Shown: piece after piece, positions 11,808 through 25,229 of the stretch | Numbering within the stretch: position 1 is the stretch's first letter | Layout: each line of letters opens with the position of its first letter | From: Proteromonas lacertae | Taxonomy: Eukaryota | Assembly (NCBI GenBank): GCA_002245135.1 | Contig: NGBS01000336.1 | Span: forward strand, 1-41,749 | Length of the DNA: 41,749 nt | Direction: 5' to 3' | Translations under genes and position numbers: made by a program | The notes under the pieces: generated by a model | The model's database searches: none | What the model was told of the DNA's origin: nothing | The model's input: only the letters and a program-made list of their open reading frames with translations

Positions 11808-14103
11808 ATGTATTATACTCCATATGATACTAATTCATCACGTATATTATTTATTTTTTATGTTAATAGATGGGAATGTTAATGACACAACTGATTTGTC
11901 CTTCACATCTTTTACTGATAATACTCCAATGAATATAAATCGAAATGCTCACTTATCATATAATCCTCCAGTAGAAGAACAATCTTTATCTCAACCATCT
12001 ACATTTAGAAGTTCGACAGAATCATCATTTTCAAGAGCAATATCCAGACCATACTCTTCAGATATTTCTGAACCTGCCAGTGGAAGTGAACAACCTCAAT
12101 ATATACAACAATCAAAACCATTTTCTTCTAATCTTGCTGCTTCATGGTCATACTCAGCAGATTCTGTTCAACAACTCAAAGTACATGGGGTAAATAACAG
12201 GCAAGTCATCTCTGGTAGTATGTCATCTCTAGATACTTTTCCTCCTCCACCTCCTATTGCTCCAGTATATCGTTTATCCTCTACTATTCCATCTGCTACT
12301 ATAACAACTGCTTCGGGAACAAGAATAGATGATAATTCTTCATCATCTTCATTTTTGTATGACAGTTCTCAGCAAGACATATATAGTATATTTACAATTA
12401 TATAATATATATTAATATATAGCAGATATACCAGATACCTCCCAAATCGATGAAAAAATGGAAGAGTATAATGATGTTTTCACTTACAGAATCTTATTAA
12501 GTAGAGATGATCCAATTGGTCCATGCTGTATATGTTATTCATCTGATTTAATACCTCCAATGTTATCAACACCGCAATTACTACAACAACAATCAGCTAC
12601 TCCTTCACCATCTCCTTCACCTTCACCACCACCCGTACAACCAACATCCAACAACAACAATAATAATAATGCATCATCGTTTAGAAAATCAATAGTTAAT
12701 AGCAATAATTCTAATAATAACAGTCCTTCTATTGTTACTAACAGTAGTATAACTTCATCCTCTGATAATAATAGCAATAATAATAATAATGATCAGTCTA
12801 TATCACCTATAACTCATGACAATAATAATAATAGTCAGTCTACTCCAAACTCTATTAATAACAACAGTATTAATAATTATTGGATTATCCTAACATGTGT
12901 TCAATATCACTGTTCTCATACTGTACATGCTATGTGTTTATTACATTCTAACTATAATGCATTACATCTTAGTCATTTACCTGCTATACAACCATATCCT
13001 AGGATTATACCCCATCAACCACCACCATCACCATTATACAATGGTAGTAATGATACTGCTTCTAAAATACAGATGTCAATGATAATAGAAAGTCCAATAT
13101 CAGCTAATAAGTTTTATGCATCTCATTTTTATTTACCTGTTTTGATCAAAGAGAATCATTTGTTGTATTGTAGTTTGAGGAATGAAGAGTTTAAAATTAG
13201 ACCAATCACTTTTCCTTTTTCTCAAATTAATTTTGCTGTTGAAATATTTAATGATATAGGTGTATTATATTATCATTGGAATTGGGTCTTACAGTTTGAT
13301 CCTCATAGTCCATTAATGTGTTATTTATTATTAGATCATGAAACAGGAAATCGTATAACTTTATATGTAAAACCAAGTACTACTCAACTACAAAGTTATG
13401 AAATATGTGAATTTCAATTAGATTTCAGTCCATATGAAACATGGTTGTATTATCCAATATTGAACAATCCAAATACTATTGGCACAACTGCTGTTGCTAC
13501 AGCTGCTACAAATATCTTACCACCTCCACCACCTCCCAATGCATCTTCTACTACTACTACAAGTAATATAAATGTAATTAACACTCAACCATCCCTAATA
13601 GGATTAACACCTCAACAACAACAACAACAACAACAACAACAACCGTCATTATTACTACCCCAATCACCACCACCACCACCACCACTTACTGCCAATATTC
13701 CACCTAATACGAATACTCCGAATGGTTATGTAAATACTTATAATGATTTGAACTATACTTCACCATATGCTTCTTTGTATTTATCTCCCAATGAATTGAG
13801 TGATGTAATGTTAGTTGATCCATTACAACCACTGAATAGTTCAACTAGCAGTTTACAATCAGTTCATTCTACAGGAAGAGATGATAATAATAGTGGTAGT
13901 CAATCAATCAAAAAGAAAAGTAATAGAAATAGAAATGGTGATAATATGAATGGTGAAATACCAACTAATTTATTAGAATTAGGATGTTCTCAAAGTGGAT
14001 CTAAAAGATTACAGGATTTAATAACTAATGGTGATAATGAAACAATTGCAAAGTTATGTAATGAAACTTTACCATATATCTTTGATTTATCTACAAGTAT
14101 ATA

Positions 14104-14145
<42 letters not shown>

Positions 14146-15044
14146 GATATGTTTGGTAATTATTTTATACAGAAATTATTCATAGCTGCAAATGATGAAT
14201 TGAAATGTAATTTATTGAATAGTTTAAAACCAAGGATGACTCAATTAGCTTGTCATAAGATGGGAACTTATCCATTTCAAAATATAATTAAGGATTTAAA
14301 GACAGATCAACATGCTGAAATCATAGCAGAAGGGTTAATGATGGATATAAACTCTGTATTGACCAATCATTTTGGAGTTCATGTTTTACAGAAATTCCAA
14401 CATCAATTCAGTCACAAAGCACAGCAATGGTTATTTGATTATATTAATGATCATATGAAAGAAGTAGCAACTAATCAACAAGGTATAGTTGTACTGAAAG
14501 GATGTATTGAAGTAGGATCAGTTGAACAAAGACAAGATACAATTGAACATATATTAATATATTGTAAAGAATTTTCCATTGATGAATATGGTAATTATGC
14601 TATACAATCGATGATTGACCATGCTGATGATAAGATTAAAGTGATTAATGAAATATATAAGAATTTGAAAGGTGAAATAGCTAATTTGTGTAAGAATAAA
14701 TTCAGTTCAAATGTGATTGAAAAGGTATATTTATATATATATATATATAATTTAATAATAGTGTTTATCTTGTGAATCTGATACTAGAAAAGCTATAATT
14801 AATGAAATATTAGCATCACCTGATTTTAATAGCATATTAGCAGATAAATATGGTAATTATGTTATTCAGTATTTAATAACTATTGTAGACTCAACACAGA
14901 AACCTGTACTAGCAAAGAAGATCAAATCTTATCTGCCTAAAATAGAAAAAGAAGGAAAAGTAGTGTATATAATAATATTTTAATTTTATAATTTTATATA
15001 GAACAACCAAGTGGAAGAATTACATATCCACTTTGGAAAAGTAA
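11808..15044 (+). CDS. Pumilio/PUF RNA-binding protein with a long low-complexity N-terminus and a split PHD-like zinc finger
   Basis: Eight PUF repeat cores: GSKRLQ, GNYFIQ, GTYPFQ, GVHVLQ, GIVVLK, GNYAIQ, SSNVIE, GNYVIQ. The spliced end is VVTTKWKNYISTLEK* (TAA 15042-15044). The start MYYTPYD at 11808 is inferred. Confidence 0.85.
13614..13642 (+). repeat. (CAA)n microsatellite encoding poly-Gln
   Basis: Directly visible CAA run inside the PUF gene. Confidence 0.9.
14105..14140 (+). repeat. (ATT)n microsatellite inside an intron
   Basis: The ATT run lengthens the intron between STN and MFGNY and produces the artefactual poly-Ile end of ORF 12458-14146. Confidence 0.85.
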
Positions 15045-15216
15045 ACTTATATCTTTCAAAATAGCAGTTCTTTTATTGTTGTTGTTTCTCTTATAACTTT
15101 TTTTTATATAAATGCTATGTATTATTCATTGACGTTAATATACACATGTTTATAACTAAAATTAATAATTAATAATTAATAATAATAACATTACAACACA
15201 AAAACAGAAAAATAAG

Positions 15217-16044
15217 TTAGAATATGATATCATCATCATTTGATTGATCATATCCATCTAATACACTCTTCACATTAGCTTGGTTTGAACTATCATTCTG
15301 TTTATTCTTTTCGTATTGTTCTACATTGTTCTCAGCACGTTTAATAGCAGCTTCTCTTTCAATATTCTCATTCCTGTGTTTTACCTGTAATACCTTCTTT
15401 AACCTAAATGTATCTTCTCTTTCTAGTTCATCTAACTCTGTATCTATAAATCTAATTGTTTCCTCCACACCTGGAATAACTACATTATCTAAAGCATTTA
15501 CACGACGATTTGTGATTCTAATAGCTTCATCTAAAGCAAGAAATGATGTTTGCAAAGAAGCTAGTTTAATCAATGATTTTAAGATGAATTGCCATTTTTC
15601 ACGGCTATTTTCTATCTGTTTTCCACCTTTACCTAATGTAATTGATGTTCTTTTATTCTCATCCTTACTTTTCTGTTTAAATATTGGTAAATGTACACCA
15701 GCAACGTTATCAGTAGTCATTTCAACAACTGTTTTAGCTGTATCAACACTATCTGCAACTTTACGCTTATAATCACCAGCAGCCCAACTTGCCTCAGTTA
15801 ATGAGAAATAACCTTCAGCCATTTCTGTTCCAATTTGATTTTTGATCTAAAGTATAACATAAATAGAATACTGTCATAATATCCGATAACATTGATCTGA
15901 ATCTACTTGTTAAAGCATCAGATTTCTTTTTAAGCAAATCATATCCCTGTTTTGCAGCTACTCTCTTTGTCTTAAATAAATTGAGGGTCCTATTTATATG
16001 AATATAACGAAATACATAGTGGATGGGAAGACTTGTTGCGACAT
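15217..16044 (-). CDS. ATP6V1D: V-type proton ATPase subunit D
   Basis: MSQQVFPSTMTL..., AKQGYDLLKKKSDAL, DNVAGVHLP and LASLQTSFLALDEAIRITNRRVNALDNVVIP...ELDELEREDTFRLKKV. It has two short introns. Confidence 0.95.
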
Positions 16045-16108
16045 ATTGAGAAATCTGATTAAAAAGAACTGAATTATTATTCAAGCCAAGTTTATTTGAA
16101 TTATTAAA

Positions 16109-17060
16109 ATGGATGAAAATCAACCAAGATCAATAGAATTGAACTCATTATTTGCAGATTCTGAAAATATATCCACTAATGCAAATAGAAGAGTAGAAGC
16201 TAAACCTGCAGGCAATAACAAATTCTACATTGAAGATTTGGATGTATTATTGCTCTTTTAACGTTTTCTTACAATAGAAAGAAATGAGAATGGTGAAAAT
16301 GATGAGACAGAATAAGCCAGAATATATGAAAATATTTATGGATCAAGGAAATGAACTTGTGTCATATGCAGAAAAAGGCGATCTACCTAATATAGTTACT
16401 ATTGTTGAGACTGCTTCAAAAGAAGAATTATTGAGTTATCATATTGTAAAAATGGTTGTTGTTGCTTCAGTAAATTTTCATTTTGATGTAGTATATTTTA
16501 TTCACTTTATTTTATGTTTATAGTTGAAATATATGTTTTTAAATGGCTTAAACATAACATTTGTAGCATTTAGAGACTTGCCCATCACAATGATCGAGTA
16601 TTATAAAGGAGAAAAAGAAGATGAATTATTCAATCTAATCACATTATATATCACAATGGGTATGGATGTCAACACATGTCATCCAGATACATATGAAACG
16701 ACTTTGTTTCCAGCAATAAGATACCAATATCCAAAAATCGTAGAATTATTAGTGAATAAAGGAACAGATGTAAATGCAGTTGTAAAAGATGATTTAATGC
16801 CTTTGATTTTAGCTAAACAAATTAATGAAACACATCATACTGATACTTCACAGCATATTGTTGATTTTCTAGTATCAAAAGGAGCTAAAATGAGCTGGAG
16901 AAGGGAAGGAGAAAGAAATGATGTTAGTAAACCTAAATATGCAACTTTTAAAAGCACTGGAAGTGGTATGATGTCTTCCATTGTTGTTGGATCGATTGAT
17001 ACTATTGATGAAGATGAAGATGAAGATGAAGAGGAGGAGGAGGAAGAAAGTGAATCATGA
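16109..17060 (+). CDS. Ankyrin-repeat protein with acidic C-terminus
   Basis: Ankyrin-like GMDVN...TTLFPAIRYQYPKIVELLVNKGTDVNA...PLILA...IVDFLVSKGA. Two introns join the 16109 start, 16284-16523 and 16524-17060. Confidence 0.8.
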
Positions 17061-17215
17061 GATTGAATTATACAATTTTTTTAATAATAATTTAATGTTA
17101 ACTTGATACTAATATATATATATTGTGTTTTTATTGGAATGTTGCTGTTATTCATTGCAAAAATGCAAAAATTACAACACGAAATAATTCAAAATTTAAC
17201 GTATATTTTGAATGA

Positions 17216-18769
17216 ATGATAGCTGAACACCAGATAGACAATGACGAAAGTAATGAGATAGGAATTGATCTAGGTACCACATACTCATGTGTAGGATTCA
17301 GAAGAAACGATGCTATCGAGATTTTGGCTGATGTAAGCACAGGAAATAGAACAGTTCCATCTATAGTTCAATATAAAGAGAAAAATATTTCTGTTGTTGT
17401 AGGAGAAGCAGCTAGGACTGAGATGAAGAACCACTACAAGAATACTGTTTTTGACTCAAAAAGATTTATAGGCCGTCATATGTATGATGCTACTTTCATA
17501 CAAGATATGCAACATTGGCCTTTTAAAGTTGTTTCAGATGATAAAGACATTCCTTGTGTTGAATTAGAGCACAACTCAGAAACAGTAAAGTTATATGCTG
17601 TAGATGTATCTTCTGCAATATTAGATCATTTAAAGAAAAGTATAACAGCATATTCAGGTAAAAAGGTAACAGGAGCAATAATTACAGTACCAGCCTACTT
17701 CAATAATCGTCAGCGTAAAGATACCATTCAAGCAGCATTAAATGCAGGTTTAAAAGTAAGAAGAATTATCAATGAGCCAACAGCAGCTGCTATAGGTTAT
17801 GCTTATGAAAATATTGATAGAAAACCTGACTGTAATATAATGGTCTATGATTTTGGAGGTGGTACTTTTGATGTATCCATTATCTCAATAGTTAATAATG
17901 TTATAACAGTAAAAGCAACAGGAGGAGATAGTCATTTAGGAGGTGAAGATTTTGATAATGCAATGGTAGAATATTACTCCAAAGAATTATTAGATAAATA
18001 TAATGTAGATTTAAAAGCAACAGATACCAAGACACAAAAGAGACTGATTAGATTACGTCAAGCTTGTGAAAAGACAAAGTGTATGTTAACAAACTCAGAT
18101 GAAGCTTTAGTGAATTGTGATTTTTTTGATGATTATCCTGATGTTAGTTCAACATTTACTAGAACATTATTTTACGAATTAAATCGTGAGTTATTCCAAA
18201 GATCTATTGATATAGCAAAGACGGTGTTAAGTGAATCTCATTTAGATATTAACACTATTGACGAGATTGTATTAGTTGGTGGAAGTAGTAGAATTCCAAT
18301 CATTCCTCAGATGTTACAAGAAGCATTTAAAGGTGCAAAAATATCAAGAGAAACTAATCCTGATGAAATTGTAGCTAAAGGTGCAGCTATTTTAGCTAAT
18401 AAAGAAAGATTGAATAAAATGTTTGAAGTATGTGATGTCATACCAAGATCTTTATCTACTGATATTACTGGAGGTAGAGTAACTAAGATGTTGGTTAAGA
18501 ATTCAATCATTCCTTGTACTACTACTAAATTGTTTCAAACTGCTAAAGATTTTCAAGAAACCATTGATATTAAGGTGTTTGAAGGTGAAAGTGACTTGGC
18601 TAGTGAAAATTTGTTGTTAGATGGATTTAAAGTACAGATTGAAAAGAAGAGAAAAGGTGAAATTACTATTGAAGTTACTTTTAGTATTGATGAGAATGGT
18701 GTTTTACAAGTAGCTGCTAAAGATCGTAATTCAGACAAATTGTTGGATGTAAGAGTAGTTGGATTGTAA
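17216..18769 (+). CDS. Hsp70-family protein, intronless, C-terminally truncated (no alpha-helical lid or EEVD)
   Basis: Canonical motifs GIDLGTTYS, TVPAYF, IINEPTAAA, DFGGGTFDVS, GGEDFD and VLVGGSSRIP, then an SBD-beta to IEVTFSIDENGVLQVAAKD. It stops at 517 aa. Confidence 0.92.
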   Translation: MIAEHQIDNDESNEIGIDLGTTYSCVGFRRNDAIEILADVSTGNRTVPSIVQYKEKNISVVVGEAARTEMKNHYKNTVFDSKRFIGRHMYDATFIQDMQHWPFKVVSDDKDIPCVELEHNSETVKLYAVDVSSAILDHLKKSITAYSGKKVTGAIITVPAYFNNRQRKDTIQAALNAGLKVRRIINEPTAAAIGYAYENIDRKPDCNIMVYDFGGGTFDVSIISIVNNVITVKATGGDSHLGGEDFDNAMVEYYSKELLDKYNVDLKATDTKTQKRLIRLRQACEKTKCMLTNSDEALVNCDFFDDYPDVSSTFTRTLFYELNRELFQRSIDIAKTVLSESHLDINTIDEIVLVGGSSRIPIIPQMLQEAFKGAKISRETNPDEIVAKGAAILANKERLNKMFEVCDVIPRSLSTDITGGRVTKMLVKNSIIPCTTTKLFQTAKDFQETIDIKVFEGESDLASENLLLDGFKVQIEKKRKGEITIEVTFSIDENGVLQVAAKDRNSDKLLDVRVVGL

Positions 18770-18913
18770 ACCAATATTTTTTTTTATTTTTAAAACACTT
18801 TTTTTCTTATTTTTGATTATTTTATTGTGTGTAAAGATGAAAATAAAGAAAAAGAAAAATATTAAAACGACTAATTTTTTAGAACGTTTTTTGTTTTTTA
18901 TTTTTTATTCAAA

Positions 18914-21257
18914 ATGTCGGCTTCAAATACAATGAGAACAAGTTCTATAAGAATGAAGAGTTCTATATTAAGACCACCGTATTAGTTTCAAAACACAAAT
19001 CTCTTTAGACCGAATGATTTTGAAGGATGGACTCATCAAGCTGTGTATTTTGTTCATTTGTTTAAAATTATAGTGAATTGGAAAGAGAAACTAGAGAAAA
19101 ACTTCATGCATTGCTTACTCCAGATATATCAACCAAACCATTCCAAGAAGTGTTAAAAATGAGAGTAAATATATGTATGGACTTTTTCTGTAAATTATGT
19201 TCATTGCAATCACCAATACAAGGAGTAAATAATATTGATTTTATATAAATAGGGATTAGGAATAATATTGGATTGTTGTAGAGAAGCTATATTTAGTAAA
19301 ACAACAGAACAAGTATAATTATTATTATTTATAGTAATATATAATAGATTCCTTATTTTATTGTTGCTGAAGGAATGACAGATGAAGAACTAGATAAATT
19401 AAGTCAAATAAAAGTATTAGAAAATCAAGTAATAGAATTGAGAGGAAAAGTACAAGAAATAAGTACAGAATTACAAACTGTACAAAGAAGAAATGAAGAA
19501 TTGGAGAAATTAAATGAAGAATTAATTGAAAAGTATAAATTACTTATTAATTATCATATTTTTAGAGCTGAGAAAGCTGATGTATCAAAAACAGCTGTTG
19601 AAATAGAATTGCAGACAACAAAAAAGAATTTAATGGCAAGTGTAATGTCACTACAAAGAGAAAATTATAACATTAATTCAAAGTATAGTTTTTATTACTT
19701 AACCATCAAATAGTTTTAAATACTTACAGAGAAATAATCAAAATTTAAGCGCTTATAAAACAAGACATGAAGGATTGAAGACTACTTTTCAATATATAGA
19801 CCAATATCCAGATACAATAGCAGATATTGAAAAATTAGAGAAGTTTAGAAGACAACATCCTGAAATACAAAGTAGATTGAATTCAATCCATGATTTACCA
19901 TTATCACAATTAGATAATACAGTGTTGAATGAATTAAAAGAAGCAGAACGTTTGCATACTGAAATGGTAATTGTAAGGAATGAATGTATTACTGAGTATG
20001 AAAAATCAGTGAATGGAGTGCCAGAAGAAACTGGTAAAATATTGAGAGAAAGATTTTCAAAGAATATGGAAGAGTTTGCAGATGTATTTCTTTATTATTA
20101 TTATTAAATAGTCTATAAATGAAATGGAGTTACATATTCATCAATTAAGAACAGGTCAATTATCAGAATCATTTGTAGATAGAGAAAAATATCAAAAATT
20201 AGAAGAACAAATAGATGAAGAGGATAATGATGGTGAAGAGAATATCACAAATGATAATGATGACGAAGAAGATAGTGAACATAAATACAGTATGATAGGA
20301 AGAGGAATGGCAATTACACCATTATGGGCTTCATTTGTACATAGAAATCAGAGTATTTTGTTATTATTATTATTATTATTATTCTGCGAATAGCATTTAG
20401 AAGACATAGATTTGAAGTACCATTTGAACAATTAAAAGCAATTATTTTAGATATTTTTAATAGTAAAATATTGAAAGAGGATTTGGAGAATGAAAGAGTA
20501 AAAGAAATTGAACCGCAAGATCGTATATTATAATAATTGTTTATTTATAATGATAGATTTGAAAACATTAGAAGAACTAAGTGAATATTTTCTTGATTTT
20601 ATGGAAGTAAAATTTGGAATGCATGAAATAGCAATGAATATGGCATTTAGTATACTGAAAGAAGTTGATAAGAATAAAGAAATAAACAATTTCATTAGAA
20701 TCTATGAACAATGTTCAACTGGAAAGAAGGATGAATGTGCTTGGAGATATTATATTTTATGTAGAAATGCATTGAGTAGATCGTTATGTAATATAGAAGA
20801 TGAACCATCTTTGAAAAGAGCAAGTGTCATTTTATATCCAACACTTTCAAATGAAATAAAACAGAAATGGATTGATAAAGTATTAGAAAAAACAAATCAC
20901 AAGTTAACAACAGAATTAGTATTAGAAATCGTAGCTGGTGGTGTATAATTAATATTTATTTAATCTATTCATTTATAGATATTGAATTTTGAAGATCCAA
21001 ATGTAGAAATGGTTTATCAAAAGCTATTAAGTGATGATAAAGAAAAGCATTCAAGTAAAAGAACTTTAACGCCAATTGAGACTATTGGAGTTTTGAAAGC
21101 ATATGGGAAAGAAGTGAATTTTAAGATAATTGAAAGATATTATCAATTTAGATGTTTTACAGAGAGTAAAAGAAGAAAGAAACCAATTGATGAAATGGAT
21201 TTAAAAAGTTTAGCTTATTTAATCACCTATTTCTATTGTAACTTTACTAATCTATAA
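18914..21257 (+). CDS. Multi-exon coiled-coil protein, possibly TSNAXIP1-like
   Basis: ORFs 19375-21257 plus upstream exons from MSASNTMR join through short introns. There is a long heptad region. The C-terminal segment LSEYFLDFMEVKFG...MAFSIL...IYEQCSTGKKDE recalls TSNAXIP1-type proteins, but the family call is tentative. Confidence 0.55.
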
Positions 21258-21319
21258 CTTTTTTTGTTTTTATTTTTTTTTTAAATTTCTTTTATAATAT
21301 AAATAAATAAATTAATCAT

Positions 21320-21955
21320 TCACTTAGCTGGACAAATAAATAACAGTTTTCCATTATATTTAATATGAACAACACCTTTATAGGAACTTCTTGGAATATC
21401 AAACTTTATATCGTCCATAATACCAATTGACCTTCCTATTCTATGATAATCTTTAAAATCAGTATAATATGTTTTATAAACCTTATTATATTCACCTTCT
21501 CCTCTCAAATTGCCAATATTAATTTGTTGAGCACTGCTTATTACACTATCAATGACAGAATCAAAACTTTCTTTGATTAAAGGATGATAATCTACTTTAG
21601 ACCACATCACTGAAACATCATTCAATTTGATTGGTTCTAAATATTTATTAAAGAATTGTCCAACACTTGTTCCTTCTCTACCAAATGTATAAGATCTTGG
21701 TACTTCAGGATATATGCAACTTCTACCTTTTCTAATTTCAGGACTTCTATACCAATCATCCCAATATGCTAATGGCCAATCATTCTTTACTTCTTCATAT
21801 ACATCTTTGGTAGTTAACCAACCTAATCCTGGAAAAAAATCAGTTCGATATAATACTTCTATAATAATAAAGATATATATATATAATATTCATACTATTA
21901 TTATTTACAAATGCTTTTTGACCAATATCATTCCATGCACTTAAACACATTATTC

Positions 21956-21986
<31 letters not shown>

Positions 21987-22677
21987 TATCATCATACGTT
22001 TTATCTTCTGATAATATTGGAGATAAACCCATAAAATATTCCAAAAAATCACTTGAAAATTCCATATCATCTTCAATAAGAATGATTTGATCATAATTGT
22101 TTTCATCAAATATCTGTTGGAAAATCCATTTGTAATGTTGAGATAAGTTTACATATCCATTTTTACCTTTATATTGTTCATGCTTTAAATGATTTACTTT
22201 CACTATATCTTTCATTTCATCTATAAAACTGTTTATTACAGCTGTTACACTTTCAACATCAGCATCTTGACTTACAAAGAAATCAGGTTTTACTGAAGGA
22301 TAAGAAGATTCATATAGGCTTTTAACTGACTTAAATGTTCTAGATAAGTACTGTGGTCTATTATAACAAACTAACACCATAGCTGTTTTTAAATTTGTGT
22401 AATGACTTTCAGCACTCTCTTCGAAACCATTAATAAACCAATTTGTATTCAAAATTACAGAAGTTGTTGGTGGTAATAAATTCTTCTTTTGTATTTGGTC
22501 ATTGTTGTTATTATTCGAATCTTGATGGTATGATCCACGAAATCTATTGATTGTAGGCTGTAGTTTATCTTCATCATTATTAGGGAGTTTTAGCATTATT
22601 GTAAATATCGTAATCATAGATACTATTGATACAGTAATTAATAAACATGCTAAACAAAGCCAAAACTTAATTCTCAT
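21320..22677 (-). CDS. MGAT1: Alpha-1,3-mannosyl-glycoprotein 2-beta-N-acetylglucosaminyltransferase (GnT-I, GT13)
   Basis: Type II N-terminal TM anchor, then CYNRPQYL, VSQD, HYKW, IEDD, CLSAWND, RTDFFPGLGW, YWDDWYR and PEVPRSYTFGREGTSVGQFF. It has two introns. Confidence 0.92.
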
Positions 22678-22771
22678 AAAGAAAAAAGCAAATTAAAAAA
22701 TGAACTTGATTTGATTTAATCTCATTTCATATAAAGTTTGATTTCTGTTTGACTGTTTCTTTTCTTTTTTA

Positions 22772-23855
22772 ATGTCAAAAACAGAAAATCCTCCAAAGCC
22801 ACAACCTTTACCACCATTTAGTGAGCATATGGCATTAGATTTTTCATATTATGGTGAAGAAATTAAATTTGGTCCAAATGCTCGTTTTTCACCGATGGAT
22901 CATGGTAATATTTATCCAATAAGAAATACTAAAGAGTCTTTAAATTGTTCTAAAAGATGTTTTACACCAACTCGACCTAAGACTGCACAAAATCTCAGAC
23001 ATTCATGTATTTCTAGAAATAGAAATATAAAAAGTACTGAACCTCCATTATCAAGATCCCCATCATCTCCAAAATCTCCTAAACACAATCTATTTGAACC
23101 ACCTGAATATCCTAAACTAAAAGAGATATACAATGTATTTATTGTTAATTACAATTCAATAGAAAGCTAAACAAGTAAATCCTGATGCTGTAATACTAGT
23201 ATAAATGATAGTTATTATTATGTGTAAATTATATATAGAGAAAAACAAAAATATATGAAATTGATTATGAAATATTATACACATTTATTAACTATATTGA
23301 AGGTAAAATCACTTTAAAGATCAATGCAAAGACAATCAAAGGTAATCACATCTATGAATTGTTAGTCAATCAAGCTGTATAGATCTATATTTAATACATT
23401 ATATAGACTTTAGAATCCTTGGAAGTGTTGAATAAAACATCATCAAAACCAATATCAAATGAAAATGAAAGTGAAAAAGAATTATCTCATCAAGAAATGA
23501 TAGAAATATGTAATAAAATAGAACCAAAACTAGGATTTGATCAAACACAATATGGGGTATTAGTATTGGTTATTAAATCAAAGAATAAAAAATCGACAAT
23601 AAAGTAAGTTTATATAAAACAGGAGCAGCTCAAAGTATGAGGATAGAAGAAAGTTTTGAATCAAATAAATCGAATCATAAATATGAGAATTTAATCAATA
23701 TACAACCTTCAGTTCCAAAACCTCTTGATTTTAGAATTAGTCCAAGAAAAAAAGAATTAGATTATTTAAAGAAGAAATGTCAAAAACAGAAGAAATTATT
23801 GTCTCCTAGAGGGAGAGATAAGGAGTCACCGTATTTTAGAAAGAAAAGATCGTGA
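22772..23855 (+). CDS. Hypothetical Pro/Ser/Lys-rich multi-exon protein
   Basis: Co-oriented ORFs 22772-23170, 23419-23607 and 23637-23855 are separated by intron-like GT..AG segments. No recognisable domain. Confidence 0.55.
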
Positions 23856-23999
23856 TTGTGGAAATCTATTATTGAAATGTTCTTTTATCAGTTAGAATTA
23901 TTTTAATTAATCATTTAACAGTGTTTTTTTAATTTTTAAATATTTTTTTAATGAGATATAATGAAATGTAAAACATAATTTCAGTTATTAATCTAATTA

Positions 24000-25229
24000 T
24001 TACTCTTGTTTGATTCTTTCAAGGACTATTGGTTCTAATTTTGCCATTGCCTATATGAAAATAATAATATTATTAATAATGAATACTTCTTCAACCCTAT
24101 CAGTCAAATCTTTATACAATCTTTCATTTCTAATCTTCTTATCTATGTCACCAGTGATATTATTAATATCACTATTATATTCATCTAAAATATCATCAAA
24201 TTGAACAGGATCACCAACTTTAACTCTACATCTAGTATTCCAATAGGGAAATATAGACTTAACATGATTATGATCATCATGAGGCCATGCTCTATCTAAT
24301 CCCTTATGATAAAATGGAACAACCAACGGTTTAATTGGCGAATCAGCAATCATTTTCCCGATACCCCATTTTAAAGGTCCTAAGTGTCTCCAAGGTGGAG
24401 ATGTTCTTCCACTATCTGTAAACCACCTTCCTTCACTGTCTCTTACTGGACATCCATTATCTTGTAAAGTTCTTCCTTCTGGGAATATATGTAACCATTC
24501 ACCATATTTCAGTCTTTGAATAAACTCAAGAAATGCTGGTTGATATATACCATCTCCTCTTTTAATTGGCATTATTCTTCCAAATGTGAAGAATTCTGAG
24601 ATTCCTGGCGATTTAAAACAATATTCTTCAGCTGACATTGATGACTTTAAATAAGATGGATATAATATTGATTTCCAACCGATTGTTGCTGATATTATTA
24701 CAGGATCATCAAATGCATCTATATGATTACAACATGTTATTAATGGTGTTTGTTTATCTCGATTATAAATGAATTCTTGAAGTTTCTCTTGTCCATCTAC
24801 TTCAAAATCACCAATAAAATTTACGCCAAGGTTGCATAGAAATGATATAACAGTCAATATAACTATGAAATGATAGAGATATTGATTATACGAGTTGACA
24901 TTATCTTAAACTGTATTGGATAATCTTCATATGACATTATTTGTTGAGGTTTCTTTTCAAAACCTTGTGGTCTTTCATAACTGGCATATAATCTGTACTT
25001 TTTGCTAAATATTATAGAAATAAAAATACCATTCTTTCCAACAATATAACATCATTGCTACAAATAATATACTGGTAATAATTTCTATAATAATCATGGT
25101 TGGACAGAATAAAAAACTTGATATCCTTCCCGAGATATTAAAAAAACGATTTATGATATTATATAGCATTAAATATGCATAAAATCTTGGGTGCAACCTG
25201 ATATGATCAACGAACTTGGAGAAAAGCAT
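24000..25229 (-). CDS. TAZ: Tafazzin (phospholipid-lysophospholipid transacylase)
   Basis: LITCCNHIDAFDDP (HX4D), IKRGDGIYQ, WLHIFPEG and LKWGIGKMI. The spliced end is AMAKLEPIVLERIKQE*. There is a hydrophobic N-terminal extension. Confidence 0.88.
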
